Shown: positions 27,141-34,282 of the stretch, piece after piece
Layout: each line of letters begins with the position of its first letter
Position numbering within the stretch: the first letter of the stretch is position 1
The notes under the pieces: model-generated
The model's input: the letters and a program-made list of their open reading frames with translations, nothing else
Databases searched by the model: none
What the model was told of the DNA's origin: nothing
Made by a program: the position numbers and the translations under genes
Assembly (NCBI GenBank): GCA_027339965.1
Contig: DAHWNL010000017.1
Span: 1 to 39,260 of the forward strand
Direction: 5' to 3'
Length of the DNA stretch: 39,260 nucleotides
Source of the DNA: Granulicella sp.
GTDB taxonomy: Bacteria > Acidobacteriota > Terriglobia > Terriglobales > Acidobacteriaceae

Positions 27141-27404
27141 ATGGAAATCTCCGATTGGCGTAACAGGATTGATGAGCTGGATGAGCAGATCGTGCAGTTG
27201 CTTTCGCAGCGTGCGGCGGCGGCAGTGGAGATAGGGAGGCTGAAGCAGAGCCGGAGCGCTCCCATCTACGAGCCGCAGCGCGAGAAGGACGTGATTGAGC
27301 ACGTGCAGAAGGTAAATCCGGGTCCACTCTCAGGAGCGCAGGTGCAGGACATCTACGAGCGGCTGATGGATGTGATGCGGGAGTTGCAACGCCAGCGTCC
27401 ATAA
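27141..27404 (+). CDS. Monofunctional AroQ-type chorismate mutase
   Basis: WRNRIDELDEQIVQLLSQR......IGRLK......YEPQREKDV; GAGGA RBS. Confidence 0.9.
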   Translation: MEISDWRNRIDELDEQIVQLLSQRAAAAVEIGRLKQSRSAPIYEPQREKDVIEHVQKVNPGPLSGAQVQDIYERLMDVMRELQRQRP

Positions 27405-27488
27405 TATCGGCGGCGCGGCTGGAGCAGCGATGGGCCGCGCCGGCAGGGCAAATGAAAATCCTATTCAGGAGCACAGAGGAATCCAGTG

Positions 27489-28532
27489 ATGATCGTAGCG
27501 ATGCAGGATCAGGCCACCGATGAACAGATACAGCAGGTGATTGAGCGGATGGTCGAGCTGGGCTTCAACGTCCATCGCACCACCGGAGAGGTGCAGACCA
27601 TCCTTGCGGGGGTGGGAACGCCGGCGCACTTTGAGGTGACGGAGTTCCAGGTGTTGGCCGGCGTGGCGCAGGCCTACCGCATCTCGTCGCCCTACAAGCT
27701 GGCCGGGCGCGGGTTTCGGCCGGAGGGCACCAAGGTGACGTTTCCCAACGGCCTGGTGGTTGGCGGCGAAGATGTGGTGATCATGGCCGGACCCTGTTCG
27801 GTGGAGAGCCGCGAGCAGATTCGCCTGAGCGCGCAGCAGGTGGCGGCCTCCGGCGGCCAGTTCCTGCGCGGAGGGGCCTTCAAGCCGCGCAGCTCGCCCT
27901 ACAGCTTCCAGGGCATGGGAGTGGAAGGACTGCAACTGATGCGCGAGGCTGCCGATGAGACCGGGCTGCTGGTGATCACGGAGGTGATGGAGATCTCGCA
28001 GATTGAGCTGATGCTGCCCTACATCGACTGCTTCCAGGTGGGCGCGCGCAACATGCAGAACTTCAACCTGCTGCGCGAGCTGGGGCATGTGCGCAAGCCG
28101 GTGCTGCTCAAACGCGGCATTGCGGCCACCATCGAAGAGCTGCTGCTGAGCGCGGAATACATCCTCTCCGGCGGCAACTACGACCTGATGCTCTGCGAAC
28201 GCGGCATTCGCACCTTTGAGACCTACACGCGCAACACGATGGATATCTCGGCGATTCCGGTGCTGAAAAAGCTGACCCACCTGCCGGTGCTGGGCGACCC
28301 ATCGCATGGCGTAGGCAAGCGCGACCTGGTGCCGCCGATGGCGCTGGCCGCGGTCGCCGCCGGGGCGGATGGCCTGCTGATGGAGATGCATCCCAATCCG
28401 GACAAAGCACTCTCTGACGGAGCGCAGTCTCTCTTCCCGGAGCAGTTGACCCATCTGGTGGAGAAGCTGCGCAGGCTCGCGCCGATCGTCGAGCGCGCCA
28501 TAGCGCCGGCGGTGTCACAGATTCATGCTTAG
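27489..28532 (+). CDS. aroF: DAHP synthase (type I-beta, with N-terminal regulatory domain)
   Basis: MAGPCSVES, LRGGAFKPRSSPYSFQG, QVGARNMQNF, KPVLLKRG, CERGIRTFE..TRNT.D, DPSHG, EMHPNP..ALSDG.QSL. Confidence 0.95.
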   Translation: MIVAMQDQATDEQIQQVIERMVELGFNVHRTTGEVQTILAGVGTPAHFEVTEFQVLAGVAQAYRISSPYKLAGRGFRPEGTKVTFPNGLVVGGEDVVIMAGPCSVESREQIRLSAQQVAASGGQFLRGGAFKPRSSPYSFQGMGVEGLQLMREAADETGLLVITEVMEISQIELMLPYIDCFQVGARNMQNFNLLRELGHVRKPVLLKRGIAATIEELLLSAEYILSGGNYDLMLCERGIRTFETYTRNTMDISAIPVLKKLTHLPVLGDPSHGVGKRDLVPPMALAAVAAGADGLLMEMHPNPDKALSDGAQSLFPEQLTHLVEKLRRLAPIVERAIAPAVSQIHA

Positions 28533-29382
28533 AATCGGCAAGGAGATAGCGCTGCACCGGATTGTGGTCAAACTCGGAACCAACGTCATCATGCGGCAGG
28601 ATGGCAAGGTGGCGCTGGGCCTGCTGTGCGGCCTGGTGGAACAGATCGCCGAGCTGCGCGCGCAGGGCGTCGAGGTTCTGGTGGTGAGCTCGGGGGCCAT
28701 TGGGCTGGGAATGGAGCGGTTGGGGCTGCGGGAGCGGCCGACCGTGCTCTCCCAGATACAGGCCTGCGCCGCCATTGGACAGTCGCGGCTGATGTCGCTC
28801 TACGACGACGCCTTCGATCAGCTCGGCTGCCCCATAGCCCAGGTGTTGCTTACCGAGGACGACTTCCGGGACGCGGTGCGCCATGCGAATCTGCGCGCCG
28901 CGTTGGATGCCCTGCTCACGATGGGGGTGATTCCCATCGTGAATGAGAACGATACGGTCTCCACCATCGAGCTGGAACGATCCACGGAGTACAAGCCGCG
29001 AGAGCGGATCTTTGGAGACAACGACAAACTCTCCGCTCTGCTGCTGAAGCACATCGGAGCGGATCTGCTGGTGCTGCTCTCCGATGTGGATGGCTTGTAT
29101 GATCGCCATCCAGGCGAGCCAGGAGCCACGCTGATTCCGCGCGTGGAAGCAGTGGATGAGAAGATTCTGTCTCTGGCCAATGGAAGCAACGGGCGTGGAC
29201 GCGGAGGGATGGTCTCCAAGCTCGAGTCGGCGCGCATTGTGCTGCATGCGGGCAAGCAGGTGATGATTGCCAACGGACGCACGCCGCATGTGCTGGAGCG
29301 AATCGTCTCCGGCGAGAGCTTAGGTACGCGGTTTGCTCCGGCGCAGCCCAGGTCGGGAGCCATGCTGATGGAGGAGATTTGA
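28525..29382 (+). CDS. proB: Glutamate 5-kinase (short form, no PUA domain)
   Basis: RIVVKLGT, VVSSGAIG.G, AAIGQSRL, AQVLLT, IPIVNENDTV, FGDNDKLSA, LLSDVDGLY, GRGGM.SK. Confidence 0.94.
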   Translation: MLRIGKEIALHRIVVKLGTNVIMRQDGKVALGLLCGLVEQIAELRAQGVEVLVVSSGAIGLGMERLGLRERPTVLSQIQACAAIGQSRLMSLYDDAFDQLGCPIAQVLLTEDDFRDAVRHANLRAALDALLTMGVIPIVNENDTVSTIELERSTEYKPRERIFGDNDKLSALLLKHIGADLLVLLSDVDGLYDRHPGEPGATLIPRVEAVDEKILSLANGSNGRGRGGMVSKLESARIVLHAGKQVMIANGRTPHVLERIVSGESLGTRFAPAQPRSGAMLMEEI

Positions 29383-30836
29383 GCCGAGGTCAGAGACCGG
29401 GTAAGAGCCCAGCTCGCAGACCGGATGAGAGCCCAGGTCGGAGACCAGATCAAGGCTCGGCTGGGATCTCGTTTGGGATCTCGGCTGGGATCTCGGCTGG
29501 GTCTTCTCATGATGCCGCCGCAGCGGGCGAGCGCGCTGAAACGCGCGCCGTGGTGGAGGCTGCCAGACGGGCCTCGCGCGTGCTGGCCACTCTGGCTGAC
29601 GTAACCCGCAACCGGGCGCTGGAGGCGATGGCGGCTGCCCTGGAGCCGGCGGCAGCGCCGTTGCTCAATGCCAACGCAGAGGATCTGCGCGCGGCCGCAG
29701 AGAGCCTGAGCCCGGCGACGCTGGCCCGGCTGCAGTTGAGCCAGGCCAAGCTGGCAGAGATGGCCGAACAGGTGCGCTCCGTCGCTGGTCTGCCGGACCC
29801 GCTGGGGCGGGTGCTGGATGCGATCGAGCTGGATGAAGGATTGCATCTGACCCGGGTGAGCGTTCCGCTAGGTGTGGTGGGCGTTATCTTTGAGGCGCGG
29901 CCGGATGCGGTGACGCAGATTGCAGCCCTGGCCGTGAAGTCCGGCAACGCTGTGATTCTGAAGGCGGGACGAGAGGTCGAAGAGACGGCGAGCGTGCTGG
30001 TGCAGGTGTTACGCTCGGCCTTGGAGAGCTGTGGCTTGCCCGCGGATGCGGTGTCCCTGCTGCGAGGGAGAGAACGCGCCCAGGAGTTGTTGGCGATGCA
30101 CGACCTGGTGGATCTGATGATTCCGCGCGGATCCAAGGCGCTGGTGGAGTATGTGCAGGCAAATACACGCATACCGGTGCTGGGCCACGCCGAGGGAATC
30201 TGCCACATCTATGTGGACCAGCGCGTGGACGAGGCGCTGGCGCTACGGGTGATCGCGGATGCCAAGATGGACTACCCGGCGGCCTGCAACGCAGTGGAGA
30301 CGGTGCTGGTGCATCAGGCGATTGCGGCTGAGTTTTTACCCCGCCTGGCCGAGCATCTGCGCGCGCGCGGCGTCGTGCTGCATGGCGATGCCACCGTGCG
30401 GGGGCTGCTGCGCGGCTTTGAGGTGGAAGCGATAACGGATTGGCATACCGAGTACGGCGAGCCGGCCATCTCTTTGGGAGTGGTGGCCTCGCTGGAGGAC
30501 GCGATCAGGCACATCCATGCGCATGGGTCGGCCCATACGGAGAGCATCCTGAGCAGCGACCCGGAGGCGGCGGAGAAGTTTCTGCGCGAAGTGGACGCCT
30601 CCAGCGTGATGCACAATGCGTCGACGCGCTTTGCGGATGGGTTCCGCTACGGATTCGGCGCTGAGGTAGGCAGCAGCACCAGCAAGCTGCATGCGCGCGG
30701 CCCGGTGGGGCTGGAGGGGTTGACGACCTACAAGTTCTTGTTGCGCGGCACGGGACAGGTAGCCGGAGACTATCGGGCCGACAAGGAGACCGGCCGGACG
30801 GCGCGGACCTTTACGCACCGGCGGGAGCGCGGATGA
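29379..30836 (+). CDS. proA: Gamma-glutamyl phosphate reductase; TTG start overlaps the proB stop, N-terminal extension is repeat-encoded
   Basis: VPLGVVGVIFEARP, KSGNAVILK.G.E, DL.IPRGS, GICHIYVD, ACNAVETVLVH, HGSAHTE.I, NASTRFADGFRYGFGAEVG.ST.KLHARGPVGLEGLT. Confidence 0.94.
   Translation: MSRGQRPGKSPARRPDESPGRRPDQGSAGISFGISAGISAGSSHDAAAAGERAETRAVVEAARRASRVLATLADVTRNRALEAMAAALEPAAAPLLNANAEDLRAAAESLSPATLARLQLSQAKLAEMAEQVRSVAGLPDPLGRVLDAIELDEGLHLTRVSVPLGVVGVIFEARPDAVTQIAALAVKSGNAVILKAGREVEETASVLVQVLRSALESCGLPADAVSLLRGRERAQELLAMHDLVDLMIPRGSKALVEYVQANTRIPVLGHAEGICHIYVDQRVDEALALRVIADAKMDYPAACNAVETVLVHQAIAAEFLPRLAEHLRARGVVLHGDATVRGLLRGFEVEAITDWHTEYGEPAISLGVVASLEDAIRHIHAHGSAHTESILSSDPEAAEKFLREVDASSVMHNASTRFADGFRYGFGAEVGSSTSKLHARGPVGLEGLTTYKFLLRGTGQVAGDYRADKETGRTARTFTHRRERG
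29381..29503. repeat. Three degenerate 24-bp units followed by four 12-bp units (ctcggctgggat) at the proB/proA junction
   Basis: 24-bp units at 29381-29404, 29405-29428, 29429-29452; 12-bp units at 29456-67, 29468-79, 29480-91, 29492-503. Confidence 0.85.
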
Positions 30837-31726
30837 AAAGCGTGCTGGTGGTGGGAACCGGACTGATGGGCGCCTCCGTGGGATTGGCGCTCAAGGCCGG
30901 CGGCTTCGCAGGCGAGGTCATCGGCTGGGATGCCCGCGCGGAAGAGTTGGCCGAAGCGCAGCGGCGGGGAGCGATCGACCGCAAGCTGGCCGGCCGCGAA
31001 GCGGTATCGGAAACGGATGCGGATGTGGTGGTGCTGGCCACGCCGGTGCTGGCCATTCTGGACTGGATGGAGCGGTTGGCTCCGGCGCTGAAGCCGCACC
31101 AACTGGTGACCGACCTGGGCAGCACCAAGGCCGAGATCGCCGCGCGCGCCCAAAGGCTGTTTGGCCGGCCGGGACGAGCGGAGTTTCTTCCCGGACATCC
31201 CATGGCGGGCAAGGAGTCCGGCGGAGCGGCGCTGGCCGAAGCAACGCTGTTCCAGAACGCCGTGTGGCTGTTTGCGCCACCGGCAGGCGAGCCTAAGGCC
31301 GGGGAGCGAAACGCCGGGGAGCCGGAGTCAGCCCAAGCCTGGCGAGAGACGGTGAAGGGCTTTGGAGCCCAGGTGCGGGAGATGGATCCCCGGCAGCACG
31401 ACGAGGTCTGCGCCTGGGTGAGCCATCTGCCGCAGCTGCTCTCCACGGCCATCAGCGCGCTGTTGGAAGACCAGTTCGCCGCCGATGCCGAGGGCATGGC
31501 CGCCGTACAGGCGATCGGGGGCCGGGCGCTGCGAGAGATCACCCGCCTGGGCAGCAGCCCTTACAGCATGTGGCGGGATGTTGCCTTGACCAACACCGAG
31601 GCCATCGCGGCCGCGCTCTGGGCGCTGGAACAGCGTCTGGCCCATGTGCGGGAGAATCTGCGCACGCCGGAGCTGCGCGAGCAGTTCAGCCGCGCCAATC
31701 GCTTCCGCACGTCTCCGCGAAGCTGA
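30833..31726 (+). CDS. tyrA: Prephenate/arogenate dehydrogenase
   Basis: VGTGLMGASVGLAL, VVLATPV, VTDLGSTK, PGHPMAGKE..G, HDEVCAWVSHLPQL, TRL.SSPYSMWRDV; ATGA overlap with proA. Confidence 0.93.
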   Translation: MKSVLVVGTGLMGASVGLALKAGGFAGEVIGWDARAEELAEAQRRGAIDRKLAGREAVSETDADVVVLATPVLAILDWMERLAPALKPHQLVTDLGSTKAEIAARAQRLFGRPGRAEFLPGHPMAGKESGGAALAEATLFQNAVWLFAPPAGEPKAGERNAGEPESAQAWRETVKGFGAQVREMDPRQHDEVCAWVSHLPQLLSTAISALLEDQFAADAEGMAAVQAIGGRALREITRLGSSPYSMWRDVALTNTEAIAAALWALEQRLAHVRENLRTPELREQFSRANRFRTSPRS

Positions 31727-31758
31727 GCACGGATCCGAAGCGGCTCCGGCAGGTGGAC

Positions 31759-32760
31759 TCACTCGCCCATGCCGCGATAACCGTGCTTGCCGTTCCGGTA
31801 AAACGTAATGGTGAACATGGGCGTCTTGGTGCGGGTGTAGCCGGACTCCTTGGCCGTCAGCGTCAATCCCCCGCCCCAGGTGATGGCGAAGCTTTTGTTA
31901 TTCGGCCAGGTGTACTCGGCCTCCGGAGAAAGATCGAAGTACGTCCAGCTTGGCGCGTTGGCGTGACCGAAGAAGAGGTTGGTTTTGCTCTGGGACTCGC
32001 CGTTGTACTCCAGCAGGTAACCCAGCCCCCGCCTGCTGCTGAGCACGTCTTCCAAGGCGCCTGAGAAGTAGAGAAGATTTCCATTGACCACACGCAGATG
32101 TTCGCCGGTCGGAACCACCGTGAATCCATTATTGAAGGTGTAGCCGCTTCCAACATCGTTGGGGTCTTCCACGATATCGCCAAACTGGAAGTATCCTTCG
32201 AAGGGTTTGAACTGCTTGCGCGCCAGTAGATTCAATCCCTCGTTGTAAGTTCCGTTGCCACGCTGGTCCGCGCCAAAGAGCGCCGGATTCAGGTTCTGAT
32301 ACTTGCCCGTGGGAATGAACTGGATGTAGGTGAGCGCCAGGGACGGCCTGGACCAGAAGCGAAAGTCGTCCCTTTCTTTCATGAACTGCTTCTTCAGTTC
32401 AAAGTGAAGATTTCCTATTCCGGTGGCGGTCTCAATCTGGCCATCCGGAGTCGTCGGCGGCCCGATGCGGTTGTAATCGATGGGGACGTAGAAGTCGAGC
32501 TCCAGGTTGTTCACGATGCCGTAGCTGAGCCTCTGTGGCAAGTAGAGATTGGTTTGCCCCAGCGAATGGGTCAAGGAATCGAAGATAAATGGCTCGACGT
32601 AGCCCGACCCGGGAGGATCGGCGTCGGCGGTCCCGGTGTAAAACGGCCCGCTGGTCAACGGACTCCAGGTCTGTTTCGCTTGCCCCGCCGAGCAAACAGG
32701 CGCCAACGCCGGCATCATCATTGCAAGCACGCAGGCAGGGATTCGGCGTAAAAGATTCAT
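31759..32760 (-). CDS. Secreted, probable outer-membrane beta-barrel protein of unknown substrate
   Basis: Signal peptide; aromatic/Gly/Asn-rich alternating strands (LSYGIVNNLELDFYVP, GIGNLHFELKKQF, PTGKYQNL, FDLSPEAEYTW); composition visibly less GC-rich than its flanks. Confidence 0.7.
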   Translation of the reverse strand: MNLLRRIPACVLAMMMPALAPVCSAGQAKQTWSPLTSGPFYTGTADADPPGSGYVEPFIFDSLTHSLGQTNLYLPQRLSYGIVNNLELDFYVPIDYNRIGPPTTPDGQIETATGIGNLHFELKKQFMKERDDFRFWSRPSLALTYIQFIPTGKYQNLNPALFGADQRGNGTYNEGLNLLARKQFKPFEGYFQFGDIVEDPNDVGSGYTFNNGFTVVPTGEHLRVVNGNLLYFSGALEDVLSSRRGLGYLLEYNGESQSKTNLFFGHANAPSWTYFDLSPEAEYTWPNNKSFAITWGGGLTLTAKESGYTRTKTPMFTITFYRNGKHGYRGMGE

Positions 32761-33089
32761 TGAATTCTCCGGCTCGGGGGTGCGTTCCATCAGAGCAACC
32801 CTGGTTGCGAATTCGGATGGGCTCCCGGAGCGATCCTCGGGACGCCGGGTGAGGCGTGGCCGCCGACCGGGCTGGATCGGCGGAAGGGCCATCGGCGCAA
32901 GGGCCACGCTGGTCTCCGCACAAACTTATCCCACTCCGGCGGCGCTTGATCCGGGAAGGGTGGACTTGGTCGAGCCTCAAGGCATCCGCGCGAGGCGACT
33001 CGATGCCTCTTGATTGAGATGCTTGCGCTCACTTTCGAGGCTCAGGGGAGTGGTCTTTTCACCATCCATCCCTCCACAGGTACTGTATC

Positions 33090-33106
33090 ATATCCCCCTA
33101 GGGTAT
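33090..33106. promoter_or_regulatory. CsoR/RcnR-family-like operator
   Basis: ATATCC-CCCTA-GGGTAT is one mismatch from ATACCC-N5-GGGTAT (C/G tracts flanked by ATAC/GTAT); it abuts a minus-strand TATGAT -10. Confidence 0.5.
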
Positions 33107-33211
33107 ATATCTGTTGCCGAACCACCCCATTGCTTCAGCGTTTTAGCGGAAAGTGGCATAGCATGGTCGCAGGACGGCGTCCAAAGGCGCTGCCGGCGGA
33201 GTCAAGAGCCT

Positions 33212-34192
33212 ATGCGGATTCTGGTGATCGGCGCCGGTGCGGTGGGAGGATACTTTGGCGGACGGCTGCGGGCGACCGGCCGGAACGTGACCTTCCTGGT
33301 GCGAGACAGACGAGCGGCGCAGTTGGAGCGGACCGGACTGCGAATCTTCGACGCGGCGCACGGTGACCTGACGTTGGCTCCGCAACAACTGAAGTTGTTG
33401 ACCGCCGGGCAACTGAGGGATCGGCCGGAGACGTACGATCTGGTTCTGTTGAGCACCAAGGCGTACTCTCTGGGTGCCGCCATGGAAGATTTTGCTCCGG
33501 CGATGGGGCCGGAGACGGTGGTTCTGCCGCTGCTGAACGGAATGCGGCATCTAGACGCACTGCAGGCGCGATTTGGAAGCCATGCGGTGCTGGGCGGAGC
33601 GACCTACCTGGTGGCAGACCTGGACGCGGAGGGCGCGGTGCGCTCCATGGCGGCGCTGCATGACCTGAACTTTGGCGAACGCGGCAAACAAGTGACGGCG
33701 CGGATCCAGACGATTGCAGCGGCCCTGACCGGAGCGGGCTTCGACGCGCGGCTGCGGCCTGACATCCTGGCCACGATGTGGCAGAAGTGGACGATGCTGG
33801 CTTCGGCCGGAGCGATCAACTGCCTGTTGCGATCCCCGATTGGAGCAGCCGTCTCGGCTCCCGGAGGCAGAGAGACGGCGCGTCAGGTGATGACCGAGTG
33901 CGAGACGATTGCAGCGGCAAACGGCTACCCCGCGGAAGATCTGGAGTTGCGGTTGGCCACCGAGCAGCGGCTGTTGAATCGGTCCTCCACGCTGACCACC
34001 TCCATGTACCGGGACATGCAGCGTGGTTTGCCGGTGGAGGCCGACCACATTCTGGGCGACCTGGTGGAACGCGGACGCCGGCATGGGGTGGAAGCTCCCC
34101 TGTTGCGGGCGGCCTATGCCCAACTGAGTGTGTACGCTGCGGAACTGGCGAGGAAGTTAGCGAAGGCATCGGAAGGGCCGGCGAAGACGTAG
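33212..34192 (+). CDS. panE: 2-dehydropantoate 2-reductase (ketopantoate reductase)
   Basis: MRILVIGAGAVGGYFG.RL, STKAY, LPLLNGM.H, MWQKW, TSMYRDM..G.PVE.DHILGDL. Confidence 0.9.
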   Translation: MRILVIGAGAVGGYFGGRLRATGRNVTFLVRDRRAAQLERTGLRIFDAAHGDLTLAPQQLKLLTAGQLRDRPETYDLVLLSTKAYSLGAAMEDFAPAMGPETVVLPLLNGMRHLDALQARFGSHAVLGGATYLVADLDAEGAVRSMAALHDLNFGERGKQVTARIQTIAAALTGAGFDARLRPDILATMWQKWTMLASAGAINCLLRSPIGAAVSAPGGRETARQVMTECETIAAANGYPAEDLELRLATEQRLLNRSSTLTTSMYRDMQRGLPVEADHILGDLVERGRRHGVEAPLLRAAYAQLSVYAAELARKLAKASEGPAKT

Positions 34193-34282
34193 AAGGCCTC
34201 CGGGCCGCGCAAAGAAACTCCGATGAGCGGGCCGAGTTGATGCAAGCGGGAAGCGCACGGGCACTTTGCGCGATAATCAACT

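Noticed and set aside
26954..27163. 69-aa ORF bridging trpA and chorismate mutase
   Set aside because: Low-complexity, overlaps the CM start and has no motif; probably spurious despite the ATGA overlap.
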